From: Anaerolineaceae bacterium
GTDB taxonomy: Bacteria; Chloroflexota; Anaerolineae; Anaerolineales; Anaerolineaceae
Length of the DNA stretch: 64,000 nucleotides
Reading direction: 5' to 3'
NCBI GenBank assembly: GCA_034430215.1
Contig: DAOUFE010000013.1
Location: 5,702 to 69,701, forward strand
Below are positions 7,899 to 17,714 of the stretch, one piece after another; positions within the stretch are counted from its first letter, which is position 1; every line of letters starts with the position of its first letter. Below the pieces are notes generated by a model. It was not told the origin of the DNA. It was given only the letters and a program-made list of their open reading frames with translations, and searched no databases. The position numbers and the translations under genes are program-made.

Positions 7899-10208
7899 TC
7901 ACGGAAGCCAATCCAGTACTTTTCCTTTCAGGTTCATTACCGGGATGATCTGGCACGTATCTACCTGGATCAAAACCTGGGTATATCGTTGGTCTGGGAT
8001 TTTCCAGGAGAGGTCGACAAGCAGCCAGGCACCGTCAGGGCTCCAAACCATGTTGCGGATGTTGCCTTCACTATTCATTTCAATTAGCGTTTTGCGTTGA
8101 GAACCATCAGGTGTGAAGGCAAAAACGGTTTGTGTGCCAGCCGATTCATCGACCCAATTGAGTGCTAAACGTTTTCCATCTTCTGAGACGGCAATGGAAG
8201 TAGCAAGCTGGGGCACATTGAACAATGTAGAAGCCTCTCCAGTGAGTGGATCGATGATCTTCAAAACCGGACCATTTTCATCCATGGTCACATATAAAAT
8301 ACCCTGATCTGGCAACCACCCTTGCATGAGTTTTACTGGCTCAACGGTATTCAAAAGCTGTGCGCCAGTTCCATCCAGATTTGCCAGGAAGATATTAGGG
8401 CTCATGCCATCAGGAGTCCCCGTGAACCCAATCTGCTGCCCATCGGGTGACCAGAATAGCTGGGCAACACCTGAATTTGGTTCAACACCGGCAAGCGGTT
8501 CACTGACACCCGATTCAAAGTCGTATACCAACAGTTTGCCTTCTCCATTTGCGTAGACCATCATTTTTCTATCCGGCGATATGGATGCGTCAGCGCCATC
8601 ATCGATTAGCGGTTTGACCTCCGACCCATCCAGCCGGGTTAGCGAGAGGCGATTGGTTAATGTTTCCTCATCAAGCAGCTCAATCAAAACCATATCATTT
8701 AGCTCATCCGGGATAGGTAAAGGATCAGACAGAGAGGCATTCCATGCTTCCTCGGTAAGACAGACCGTTTGTTCAGGTTTGGCATCAGGGCTCATTGAGG
8801 AAGTGGTAGCGGGTGTCCATTCTACAAACCAGGGACCCTTGATCCGGGCAATGTATAGCGAAACAGTCAGGGTGACAGGACCTTCAGGCAGCCCACCATC
8901 GTAATTTATGCTCGACCAGAAAGATTGAACAGGGTCTGCTTCGTTGCCATCTTCGCTGCTGCCACCGCTAACGACGGAGTGTTCTGTGTCAACGATGGAT
9001 GCGTTCAAAATACCATCGGTAGACTCCATTTTGACAGTCAGACTGGCATTTCCACCCATTTCACTTACTTCTATGGATCGGATATGCAGGGTATGTCCGT
9101 CGATTTTCAGGTCCCGATTTACTTCATACACCTGATCTGGTTGGTGGTCAGAACCGGGGTCAAAGGTAATGCTGGCAGAAGTATTAAATCCTGCTTTGAT
9201 CGAGTTGATCACCAGCTGGGCAGATCCTGACGTAACCACACTGGAGGTTTTATAGCCAAACGCGGCACTCATTGGGTCTCCCTCATTCGGATCGATTGCC
9301 TCCAAAGAAGGTTCAAAGGTGATCTCCTGCCCGCGATTGTCAATGATGGTCACATCCTTCCGATCTATGGCAACCCAGGCTATGTTGGGATTATTCTGCC
9401 AATTCACACGTACCTGAACCAACTGACTATCCACTAATGGAATGACACTCTCGAGATTTATATTAATTCCATGATCTACATTAGCTTCGGGATTTGCGGA
9501 CTCCGGATTGGGGGTGGGTGATGTTTGGATACCAACCGGATAAATAGTCATTTCTGGAGGAGCGGGGATAAAAGAAAGGGATATTTCCCAATTCTCGGGT
9601 CCTGTTCCAACAGGAAGTGGATTCAAGCAAGGTAAAAGCAATGTTGCCTGATCGATATTTGTAGGGATTGCAGGGTAAGTATATTGCACCCTGTAGCCAG
9701 ATTCCCAGGTGGAATCGGTTAACCCTCCGGGAATCTGATAGATAGTTCCATCCGGCAGGTGTAATTCTGCTGCAGCGAAACAGATTTCAGCAATATTTCC
9801 ATCGGTTGAATTTGTATTGTCATTGAACGGTCCTTCGACACTATACGTGATGACGGTATGCTCCTGATCGAGCACTGCATTTTCCACCGTGACTGTATAT
9901 CCGTCCCGGGTATCAGAAACAGGTTCTTTCAGGATACGCAGCGTTGAAGTTTGATCGATCAATCCAATCCCCGGGATGAACCCCAATATTTTCCGAGTAG
10001 CTGAAGCTACTCCAGGTATGGCAAAGAATAGTGTAGCAACCGTAATGGCTGTCAAAAGGCCAGCCATGGTTAATTTTCTTTTAGGTTTCATAATGTTCAC
10101 TCTTTCCTTTTGAACTCTGGCTAAAATGCCCGGCCAGAGATTCACATCAGGTCTACTATGTTCCCGAGAAATTTCATCCAGCAAGCGATAAGGTCGGTTC
10201 TGGTTCAT
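7899..10208 (-). CDS. membrane-anchored putative anti-sigma factor with C-terminal TolB-like PD40 beta-propeller
   Basis: ATGA start/stop overlap with the sigma gene at 10205-10208. There is a single TM helix (LTMAGLLTAITVATLFFAIPGV) after a short cytoplasmic N-terminus. C-terminal repeats include SPDRKMMVY, WSPDGQQIGF, SEDGKRLAL, TPDGSQRKTL and WSPDGAWLLV. Confidence 0.6.
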   Translation of the reverse strand: MNQNRPYRLLDEISREHSRPDVNLWPGILARVQKERVNIMKPKRKLTMAGLLTAITVATLFFAIPGVASATRKILGFIPGIGLIDQTSTLRILKEPVSDTRDGYTVTVENAVLDQEHTVITYSVEGPFNDNTNSTDGNIAEICFAAAELHLPDGTIYQIPGGLTDSTWESGYRVQYTYPAIPTNIDQATLLLPCLNPLPVGTGPENWEISLSFIPAPPEMTIYPVGIQTSPTPNPESANPEANVDHGININLESVIPLVDSQLVQVRVNWQNNPNIAWVAIDRKDVTIIDNRGQEITFEPSLEAIDPNEGDPMSAAFGYKTSSVVTSGSAQLVINSIKAGFNTSASITFDPGSDHQPDQVYEVNRDLKIDGHTLHIRSIEVSEMGGNASLTVKMESTDGILNASIVDTEHSVVSGGSSEDGNEADPVQSFWSSINYDGGLPEGPVTLTVSLYIARIKGPWFVEWTPATTSSMSPDAKPEQTVCLTEEAWNASLSDPLPIPDELNDMVLIELLDEETLTNRLSLTRLDGSEVKPLIDDGADASISPDRKMMVYANGEGKLLVYDFESGVSEPLAGVEPNSGVAQLFWSPDGQQIGFTGTPDGMSPNIFLANLDGTGAQLLNTVEPVKLMQGWLPDQGILYVTMDENGPVLKIIDPLTGEASTLFNVPQLATSIAVSEDGKRLALNWVDESAGTQTVFAFTPDGSQRKTLIEMNSEGNIRNMVWSPDGAWLLVDLSWKIPDQRYTQVLIQVDTCQIIPVMNLKGKVLDWLP

Positions 10209-10762
10209 TTTGCATTCCTTCCAAAGCCCAACAAATTACGCAATTGATTGCGCGCATTATTCAATAGCCATTTAATCGTGCCAGGTGCTACTGAAAGCGA
10301 TTCAGCCATTTCCTTTTCCTTCATATTTAAGAAATAGCGCTGGACGATGACTGCGCGATGACGGGGAGATAATTTTCCCAGGGCGTTTTCTATCTCATGC
10401 TTTAACCGGGCTTCATCAGCCAGTTCTTCAGCAGACTCTGCCTGCTGGAATAAATCGACAAGGATTTCCACATTATCCTCAGTTCCATATTGCACCCAAC
10501 GAACGGTTTTCTTGCCAGTGCTGATCGCGCAGTTAATGACAATACGCATCAGGTAAGGTTCAAAGAGGCGCGTCTCATCAAATTTCTCGATATGGTGATA
10601 AAGTCGCACAAATGCATCCTGTGCAGCATCTTCAGCAAGTTGTTCATCATGGGTAATGAGAAAGGCTGTTTGAATGGCTTTCCGTTGGTAGCGATTCACA
10701 AGAAATTCCAGCCCATCAATGTCACCGTTTTTAAGACGGCTGATCGCTTCTAAATCATTCAT
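10205..10762 (-). CDS. ECF-type RNA polymerase sigma-70 factor
   Basis: Region 2 (DAAQDAFVRLYHHIEKFD) and region 4 HTH (EMAESLSVAPGTIKWLLNNARNQL). Length is 185 aa. Confidence 0.85.
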   Translation of the reverse strand: MNDLEAISRLKNGDIDGLEFLVNRYQRKAIQTAFLITHDEQLAEDAAQDAFVRLYHHIEKFDETRLFEPYLMRIVINCAISTGKKTVRWVQYGTEDNVEILVDLFQQAESAEELADEARLKHEIENALGKLSPRHRAVIVQRYFLNMKEKEMAESLSVAPGTIKWLLNNARNQLRNLLGFGRNAK

Positions 10763-10797
10763 TATTTCTCCGTTTTTGATGAGTACTCATACTATAG

Positions 10798-10827
10798 ATA
10801 CGAGAACAACCTCAAAAAGGTTGGCAT
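10798..10827 (-). promoter_or_regulatory. possible ECF-type autoregulated promoter
   Basis: The minus strand reads gccAACc, 16 nt, then CGTAtc about 40 nt upstream of the sigma start. This is pattern-level only. Confidence 0.25.
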
Positions 10828-11143
10828 ATTGAACTGATTTCTAAAGTAAAGTTGCCTACCAGCTTGATAATTCAATAGTGCCAGTAGCCATTGGCAAACG
10901 TTTTTTCAATGTTAACTTTCCAGTATTTGGAATACCCTTCTTCTCCCACCAACTTGAAGCTCTTTTTGAGAACAATTGTAACAATAGATGAAATGATTTC
11001 TTTTTGAATTCTTTCTGTGAAGAAGCGCTGCTTGCTTTTCAAATTCCTGGTTTTTCTAGTAGTATAATTTTTCTCATGGTCAACGTTATTATTGTTGATG
11101 ATTATTGTGAAAACTTTATTATCGTTAGCATTCGGTCGGTTCC

Positions 11144-12787
11144 TTGTCCAGTAATTTAGATCCCCCTGTTGTTATTTCTACTGATTCAGATAAAGCAAGC
11201 GAGGAACTAGCCCAATCTGAAATAAAAGAATATCTGAGCGTTCGGCAGCAGCGCAGATGGGTCTTTCCAAGAGCAGCATTGGTGGGGGCGATTGCTGGAA
11301 CCATTGCCCTGTTATTCCGAATGGCTTTGAGCGGTGCAGACGCACTTCGTAATAATTTCATTAGTTGGGCGCATACTTTCCCAACTTTTGGGTGGATTTT
11401 CCCTGTTTTGTTTTCCTTGCTGGGAGCATTGATTTCTGTTGCAATGACACGCCGGTATGCATCTGAAGCCAGCGGAAGTGGAATTCCCTACCTGGAAGCA
11501 GTTTTGCAAAGGTTTCGTATTTTAAACTGGAAACGAGTTCTGCCAGTAAAATTCTTTGGCGGGATCATTGCCATTGGCAGCGGTCTTGCCCTGGGTAGAG
11601 AGGGTCCAACTGTTCAAATGGGTGGAGCTGTGGGGGATGCTATTTCAAGCGCGCTGAAAGTCTCAAAGACAGAGCGATTGACATTGACCACAGCAGGTGC
11701 GGGTGCCGGACTGGCTGCAGCTTTTAACGCACCACTATCAGGTTTAATTTTTGTACTCGAAGAAGTTCGGCGCGATTTTCAGCCCATCGTTTTTGGTGCT
11801 ACTTTTATCGCAGCTGTGGTTTCGGATATCATTGCCCGGATTGGCGCGGGTCAATTCCCTGTTTTTACTATTCCTGATTATCCCGTTCCACCCCTGGAAG
11901 CATTGCCAGTTTTTGCTTTGTTGGGATGTGTAGCAGGCCTTTTAGGTGTTTTATTCAATAAAGGATTAATTTCCGCAATAAAACTGTTTGCATTAATTCC
12001 TAAACACCTGATTATTCCTGCTGCAGCCGTTACAGGAGGATTGGTTGGACTGGCAGGTTGGTTTTCTCCATTATTGATTGGAAGCGGACACTCTTTGGCC
12101 GAAACTGCCCTGCAGGGAAAACTTCTCCTTACTACAATTCCAATTTTCTTTTTGCTTCGTTTCCTGTTAACTACCTCAAATTATGCTACAGGTGCACCTG
12201 GCGGAATTTTTGCTCCACTTCTGGTGTTAGGTGCATTGATTGGACTGGCTGTTGGTCAAATTGCACATTCCATAACTCCTGATATTGTGCCTATTCCTGC
12301 GGTATTTGCAGTCGTGGGAATGGCAGCATACTTTACTGCAATTGTTCGAGCTCCTTTAACAGGCATTATGCTCATAGTCGAGATGACTGGTAATTATTCG
12401 CAAATGCTGCCGTTACTGGTTAGTTGCTTTTGCGCCTATATAATTGCGGAAGCCTTGAAAGATCTCCCCATTTATGAAGCCCTGCTTGAGCGTGATCTAC
12501 AACAAAAAGGGACTGGTCCTCTGATAAAAGATCCAATGGTCATGGATTTCTTAATACAGTCAGATGCACCATTCGCAGGAAAACTGGTACGGAACCTGGG
12601 ACTTCCCCCGGGATGTATTCTTATACGTTGCTCAGATGGACAACGTGAATGGGTGCCAAAAGCAAACACTCGCCTTGATGCTCATATGAAAATTACGGTT
12701 GTCATTTCACCCGATGCGGAGAATAGTCTCGATATCCTGCATCATGGGTGTACATCTATCCGAACAAATCAACAAGCTAATATATAG
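11144..12787 (+). CDS. ClC-family chloride channel / H+-Cl- antiporter with C-terminal TrkA-C (RCK_C)-like domain
   Basis: Selectivity-filter motifs GSGIPYLE, GREGPTVQMG and GGIFAPLL, followed by a soluble C-terminal domain of about 90 aa. Confidence 0.85.
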   Translation: MSSNLDPPVVISTDSDKASEELAQSEIKEYLSVRQQRRWVFPRAALVGAIAGTIALLFRMALSGADALRNNFISWAHTFPTFGWIFPVLFSLLGALISVAMTRRYASEASGSGIPYLEAVLQRFRILNWKRVLPVKFFGGIIAIGSGLALGREGPTVQMGGAVGDAISSALKVSKTERLTLTTAGAGAGLAAAFNAPLSGLIFVLEEVRRDFQPIVFGATFIAAVVSDIIARIGAGQFPVFTIPDYPVPPLEALPVFALLGCVAGLLGVLFNKGLISAIKLFALIPKHLIIPAAAVTGGLVGLAGWFSPLLIGSGHSLAETALQGKLLLTTIPIFFLLRFLLTTSNYATGAPGGIFAPLLVLGALIGLAVGQIAHSITPDIVPIPAVFAVVGMAAYFTAIVRAPLTGIMLIVEMTGNYSQMLPLLVSCFCAYIIAEALKDLPIYEALLERDLQQKGTGPLIKDPMVMDFLIQSDAPFAGKLVRNLGLPPGCILIRCSDGQREWVPKANTRLDAHMKITVVISPDAENSLDILHHGCTSIRTNQQANI

Positions 12788-13047
12788 TTCGTTGCGAATC
12801 CCTTAAGATTTCATACCCAATACGCTTGTTCAATTCAAAAGCCCCATTCTATGATGGGATGAATTTTTTGTCAGTATTTGTAGTTCATTGTGAAGAGCGC
12901 TTTTCTTGCATTGAATAATGATAATGAAGTTTTACTCTTTCTAAACTCCCCTGCTCATTATTCCTCATTGCACACTCTCACAACCAAAGCATACCTGAAG
13001 GGGCGAAATTACATTACTTGTTAATTTCTCAATAGAGGGTATGGTCA

Positions 13048-13482
13048 ATGGTTCGATACATCATCATCAGTGGCATTCTATTCGGGGATATGGATGGCAT
13101 CATCAACATCATTCCGCTGGCGAGGAGATTATTCGAGTTTTATAAACCTATGGCAAGAACAGCGATCAATCCCATCAAAGGTATTGTCATTGACCTGGTG
13201 TATGGGTTTATCATGGCGATCATGTTTCTTCTTCTCTATCCAAGCCTGTCGGGCGATACTGTACTGCGTTCCCCTGCTGCCACCATTTACTATATCTGCA
13301 CAACCGATGTCGAAATGCTGAAACTCATGTTGATGAATGTTGTCAATCGCTACATTGAACATGGCAATATCAAATTTATAGCGGATCAGATCGACGATCA
13401 ATTGCAATACAAAGCAATCTATCACCAGTGGAAATTCAGGAGAGTCGCTGATTGGGCATGGTGGGAAAAAGTACTGGAATAA
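13048..13482 (+). CDS. hypothetical protein (possibly a membrane protein remnant)
   Basis: 144-aa ORF in an AT-rich stretch with competing ORFs in other frames. No motif was recognised. Confidence 0.3.
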   Translation: MVRYIIISGILFGDMDGIINIIPLARRLFEFYKPMARTAINPIKGIVIDLVYGFIMAIMFLLLYPSLSGDTVLRSPAATIYYICTTDVEMLKLMLMNVVNRYIEHGNIKFIADQIDDQLQYKAIYHQWKFRRVADWAWWEKVLE

Positions 13483-13561
13483 GCTGTTTCCGTTTGTGAT
13501 AAAATCTTCTGGCATTGTGTTCACCAGATGATAATAACCTCTTAGTCACAAGTACATATCA

Positions 13562-14167
13562 ATGACCTTTACAATCCGCCTTGAAGAAGAAAAAGATTAC
13601 TTTCATGTAGAAAATCTGACCCGTGAGGCATTCTGGGATTTGTACCAACCCGGTTGTGATGAGCATCTTGCGCTTCACCAATTGCGAAATTCGCAAGCGT
13701 TCATCCCAGAATTGGATTATGTAGCCTGCGAGGATGATGAAATCTTGGGAAATATTGTGTACAGCAAAGCTGTTGTCCGGAATGAGAAAGAAATGTTTTC
13801 CGTTTTATGTATGGGACCTTTATGCGTGATTCCATCCCGCCAGAAAACGGGAATAGGCTCTCAATTGTTAAAATACACGATCGAAAAAGCAAAAGGAATG
13901 GGTTATGCAGCAATCGTGATATTTGGCAACCCTGCTTACTATCACCGGTTTGGATTCAAGGACGCCAAAGAATATAACATTCAAACATCCGAAGGGCAAA
14001 ACCTGGACGCTTTCATGGTGCTGTCATTAGATGAAGAGAAGTTACAAAAGATCAATGGAAGATTCTTTGAGGACCCAGCATTTCAAGTTGACAAGGAAAA
14101 CCTGAAAGAATTCGAGCAGAATTTTCCTTTTAAAGAAAAACACAAACGAGAAGGGCAATTCCGATAG
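13562..14167 (+). CDS. GNAT-family N-acetyltransferase
   Basis: RQKTGIGSQLLKYTIEKAKGMGYAAIVIFGNPAYYHRFGFK fits the acetyl-CoA binding core (Q/RxxGxG/A). Confidence 0.8.
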   Translation: MTFTIRLEEEKDYFHVENLTREAFWDLYQPGCDEHLALHQLRNSQAFIPELDYVACEDDEILGNIVYSKAVVRNEKEMFSVLCMGPLCVIPSRQKTGIGSQLLKYTIEKAKGMGYAAIVIFGNPAYYHRFGFKDAKEYNIQTSEGQNLDAFMVLSLDEEKLQKINGRFFEDPAFQVDKENLKEFEQNFPFKEKHKREGQFR

Positions 14168-14203
14168 TCTGGTTCTTTATCTTTGAGCATTTTGAATAGT
14201 ACA

Positions 14204-14245
14204 AACAACAACGCTCTCGGTTCAAAGAGCGTTGTTGTTTTTATT
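14204..14245. terminator. bidirectional intrinsic terminator
   Basis: 14-bp stem aacaacaacgctct / agagcgttgttgtt with an 8-nt loop, followed by tttatt. It lies between convergent genes. Confidence 0.75.
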
Positions 14246-14300
14246 GTATTCCTGATATTCAGCCATATGCAAAAACTATCTTCTGAACATCACTAAGTCT

Positions 14301-15203
14301 CTACGAAAGCACATCAATCGTTTGACCTTTACTCCGCATTAACCAGACATACCCATCTTCGAGACCAGGTTTTACCGCTTCAGCAGTTGGATATTTTTCT
14401 ATGGAAGATCCAACCAACCTGTATTGGATCCCCTCTGGCAGGTGCAGCATGGATACGACGGTCAACCCGTGATCCGGTCTTTCCAGGCTGTCGGAGGTGA
14501 GTGACCAGACATGCCCATCCGCTTCCCGCATCAGCCCTGCAGGGTTGCCACGGAAGATCACCTGCCCGGATGATAACACAGCCATATCCTGGCAGGTCTG
14601 CGCGATATCTTCGACGATATGGGTTGATAGGATGATGGTTCTCTCATCGGACAAATTGACAAGCAGATTTCTGAAACGGATGCGCTCTTCAGGATCGAGG
14701 CCGGCAGTCGGTTCATCGACGATCAGCAGTTCAGGATCATTGACCAGTGCCTGGGCAATACCAACCCGTCGTTTCATACCGCCAGAAAATCCCTTGATCT
14801 TTCTGCCTGCATCCTGACTTAATCCAACCATATTGAGGGTCTTTTCAACCTGTTGTGCTCGTTTTTGCGTATCATCGATCCCCTTGAGGATCGCCATGTA
14901 ATCTATGAACTGCGATGCGCTCAATTCCTGATACATGCCAAGTTCTTGTGGAAGATACCCCAGTGTGGCTTTGACAGCTTTTTTCCCGGCATTAGTTTTT
15001 AATGAATACCCGTTGATTGTAACTTCACCCTGGCTCGGATTGACAATTCCAGCCAGAATACGCATCAAAGTAGTTTTTCCAGCTCCATTTGGACCAAGCA
15101 GTCCAAACATTCCGGTGCCAATTTCAAGATTGACATTATCCAGCGCCTGAACGGTGCGATTTTTTGCGTGGTAGATTTTTGAAAGAGAAGAAATTGTGAT
15201 CAC
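14301..15203 (-). CDS. ABC transporter ATP-binding protein (ABC-2/DrrA-like)
   Basis: Walker A GPNGAGKTT, signature FSGGMKRRVGIAQAL and Walker B LLIVDEPTAGLD. Confidence 0.9.
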   Translation of the reverse strand: MITISSLSKIYHAKNRTVQALDNVNLEIGTGMFGLLGPNGAGKTTLMRILAGIVNPSQGEVTINGYSLKTNAGKKAVKATLGYLPQELGMYQELSASQFIDYMAILKGIDDTQKRAQQVEKTLNMVGLSQDAGRKIKGFSGGMKRRVGIAQALVNDPELLIVDEPTAGLDPEERIRFRNLLVNLSDERTIILSTHIVEDIAQTCQDMAVLSSGQVIFRGNPAGLMREADGHVWSLTSDSLERPDHGLTVVSMLHLPEGIQYRLVGSSIEKYPTAEAVKPGLEDGYVWLMRSKGQTIDVLS

Positions 15204-15261
15204 GTTCTTTATCCTTTTGTTAATTCTTTTCGTCGTATGTGCCAGAAAGGCAACCCAATGA

Positions 15262-15924
15262 TTAGATATATCTTTCCTGTCGTCGCAGTAATTCCAAAGA
15301 GGCGATCAGAAAGGCAATGCTTAAACTGAAAAGTACGATCTGGTTGGCATGTAATGCAGGATGTTCTGGCATAAAAACACCCATGAAGACCAATACGTAC
15401 TGACCTATTGCACCATCTGCAAACCAACTGCGTGCGACAAGCTGGACAATCCATACCAGACCAACTACAGAAGCCCCTATAGGCGCATGGGTGGAAATAA
15501 AAGCCATCAGGCATCCAAATGACATCAGCGAAATAGTCGGTATCAGCCAAAGCAACTGCATATCACCCAGGCCGCCAATGGGAGAAAAATCGGCGCCAAA
15601 ATAAACAGCAAAAATTTGAAAGGTAAGCGCTGACAGCACCTGGATTGTGAAGGTTGGCAGGAGCCGTTCCAGGAGAGTCTGGATGGCTGAAATCGGTGTA
15701 GAAAAACGCAGTTCCAGAGCAGGGTCTTCCAGAACCGCATAGGCAGCGGTTATTCCACCCATCAATGGGATGACCGTTCCCAGGTACGCGCGTGTTGTGT
15801 CAAAAATATACTCAGAACCACGGATGAACCCGATGATGATGAATAGTGCCCAAAAAGAAAGTGGGAACCATATCTGTTCGAATCGAGAGGTAAGCAAGAT
15901 GTAGTGTAATGATGAGCGTTTCAT
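15262..15924 (-). CDS. ABC-2-like integral membrane permease
   Basis: Multi-pass hydrophobic ORF. The ATG at 15924 is preferred because AGGGA lies 5-6 nt upstream. The ORF track start is 15954. Confidence 0.6.
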   Translation of the reverse strand: MKRSSLHYILLTSRFEQIWFPLSFWALFIIIGFIRGSEYIFDTTRAYLGTVIPLMGGITAAYAVLEDPALELRFSTPISAIQTLLERLLPTFTIQVLSALTFQIFAVYFGADFSPIGGLGDMQLLWLIPTISLMSFGCLMAFISTHAPIGASVVGLVWIVQLVARSWFADGAIGQYVLVFMGVFMPEHPALHANQIVLFSLSIAFLIASLELLRRQERYI

Positions 15925-15932
15925 GATAATCC

Positions 15933-16718
15933 CTAAGCTCGCTTTTCCTGCCATCGCAGGTAACGGTTGGCAGCAAACAAAGCGATGGTGATACAGGTCA
16001 TGAGAACAATCAAATTTAACACTGCTTCACCGGGAGTGAAACCCTGCACTACTTTGTAGGTCGAGCTATAAGTAACATTGAAGTATGCCTGCAAGGGATA
16101 CTGCCCTGCAGCATTTAATAGAGTATCACTAATGGTTGGAAATGCTTTTGGAGAGAGCAAATTACCCCAAAACCAGTAGCCTGTAAACAACACCTGATAC
16201 ACACGTAGCGGCATGACCAAAGGACAAGCCAGCGAAAAAGCAACAACAAAAGCATGTGCAGGCACCGCAATAGAGAGGAAAGCCAGGAAAAGAGGCCACA
16301 GGTATTCCAATGGAGCAAGACCTGTTACGATCATGGCAATTCCAGATGCTGCCACCAGAAATGCCATGGGAAGGAGTACAGAAAGCAAAATTCCCAGGTA
16401 CTTTGCCAGAACGTAGGCAGAAATGGATAAAGGTGTGCTGCATTGCAGCTCTCGAATACCATTACGGAAATCACGCTGCATCCTGTCTGCAGATAATATT
16501 CCTGCCAGAAGAGGCATAAAAACATTGAAAGTAAAAACGAAATTTCCCGCGCTTTGCCAGATTTTTTCATGAACGATCATATCACCTGTTCTATCCATGG
16601 ATGGAGCAAGGATGGAAATGATATAAAAAGTGATGAGCAATGCGTAGGTGATCCAGAAACCAGTCCGGCGGATCGACATTTTAAATTCATAGTTGCTTAT
16701 TTTGAAAAAGTGGTTCAT
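15933..16718 (-). CDS. ABC-2-like integral membrane permease
   Basis: 261-aa ORF with about 6 TM helices, in an operon between the anti-sigma and permease genes. Confidence 0.6.
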   Translation of the reverse strand: MNHFFKISNYEFKMSIRRTGFWITYALLITFYIISILAPSMDRTGDMIVHEKIWQSAGNFVFTFNVFMPLLAGILSADRMQRDFRNGIRELQCSTPLSISAYVLAKYLGILLSVLLPMAFLVAASGIAMIVTGLAPLEYLWPLFLAFLSIAVPAHAFVVAFSLACPLVMPLRVYQVLFTGYWFWGNLLSPKAFPTISDTLLNAAGQYPLQAYFNVTYSSTYKVVQGFTPGEAVLNLIVLMTCITIALFAANRYLRWQEKRA

Positions 16719-16799
16719 TCTATTCTCGTTTTTTTAATAGTATGTTGTCTTTCCTGTAGATCAATTCTTGTTCGAAATAATGATAGAGCAGCCGCGAAA

Positions 16800-17714
16800 T
16801 TACGCTGATCTCGGCACCAGTCCACGTTCAGAGAATCGAGTGGAAAACAATGCAACGGCAAAAATCACAATTGCAGATATAAGCATCAAACCCGGTGATT
16901 TCCAAAAACCCTGGTAACCATTCCAAAAGCCTTCAATTTTTGATATTGAAAATCCCCAGAAATTTAGAAACTTTGACACCTGTAAGTATTGAGTGACCCA
17001 CAATATATAAGAGATCACAATGGCGTTGCTGGTACCCAGCCATATAGAGAGTAGCAATGCCAGGGCGGAGAGGAATGCCATCGGTGCCAGCCAGCTTAAG
17101 ATGAGCTGCCCAAAGAATTCTGACGGGATGATCGATACCAATGCGACGCTGGCCACCAGGGTGATCACCAGGTTAAACGCAGAAACAATGCTTAAACGTG
17201 CAAGGAGAATTTTCCACAAGGATGTTTGAGTTGCCACGACAAGTTCGTATGCAGGATCATTTTCGGGGTTGTGAAGCATTGCCAGGTTCGCGGCTGCCAC
17301 CATCGGAGCTATGAACACGATCGCGTTGACATGATTGGAAAGCAGTGCAATCATTACACCCAACGCCATGATACCAAGAGAAGTCGGCCAAACCTCGCGT
17401 CTGATGAGATAAGATTGGGCTCTCAGCAGGTTGAACGCTTGCTGGAAGGCTTTAGCGAATTTAAGAAATACAGGGAAGGGTTTATTCTCAGTTTGTTCTT
17501 TTTCCCGAATATGTGTCAGGGCATGTTCTGCAAGGTTTTTCGGCGGTACAACGGCTGTATTCGTCGCTTTTATTTCGCCAGAAACCGAGCGCCAAAAGGT
17601 CAATTCTTCCTGGCACAGAGAGCATTCCTTGAGGTGCTCCTCCAATTCAGAAACCTGTGAGGCCTCCAATTGCCGTGCAGCATAGAGGGGTATTTCATCA
17701 AGGTAATGTTTCAT
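16800..17714 (-). CDS. zf-HC2 anti-sigma factor with multi-pass membrane domain
   Basis: The ATG at 17714 shares one base with the sigma TAA (TAATG). It carries an HLKECSLCQEEL zinc motif followed by about 6 TM helices. The ORF track start at 17804 would overlap the sigma gene by 90 nt. Confidence 0.7.
   Translation of the reverse strand: MKHYLDEIPLYAARQLEASQVSELEEHLKECSLCQEELTFWRSVSGEIKATNTAVVPPKNLAEHALTHIREKEQTENKPFPVFLKFAKAFQQAFNLLRAQSYLIRREVWPTSLGIMALGVMIALLSNHVNAIVFIAPMVAAANLAMLHNPENDPAYELVVATQTSLWKILLARLSIVSAFNLVITLVASVALVSIIPSEFFGQLILSWLAPMAFLSALALLLSIWLGTSNAIVISYILWVTQYLQVSKFLNFWGFSISKIEGFWNGYQGFWKSPGLMLISAIVIFAVALFSTRFSERGLVPRSA

Noticed and set aside
10763-11143. Two ideas for the 381-bp AT-rich spacer upstream of the ClC gene: a fluoride riboswitch, or a small minus-strand gene. 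The latter would be a 58-codon TTG-initiated frame ending at 10872-10874 and reading ...FTERIQKEIISSIVTIVLKKSFKLVGEEGYSKYWKVNIEKTFANGYWHY.
   Set aside because: I could not find the conserved crcB-motif elements, and the ClC protein has canonical chloride-type filter motifs. The small frame has no ATG or RBS and could simply reflect AT-rich composition. It is worth a BLASTX check only.
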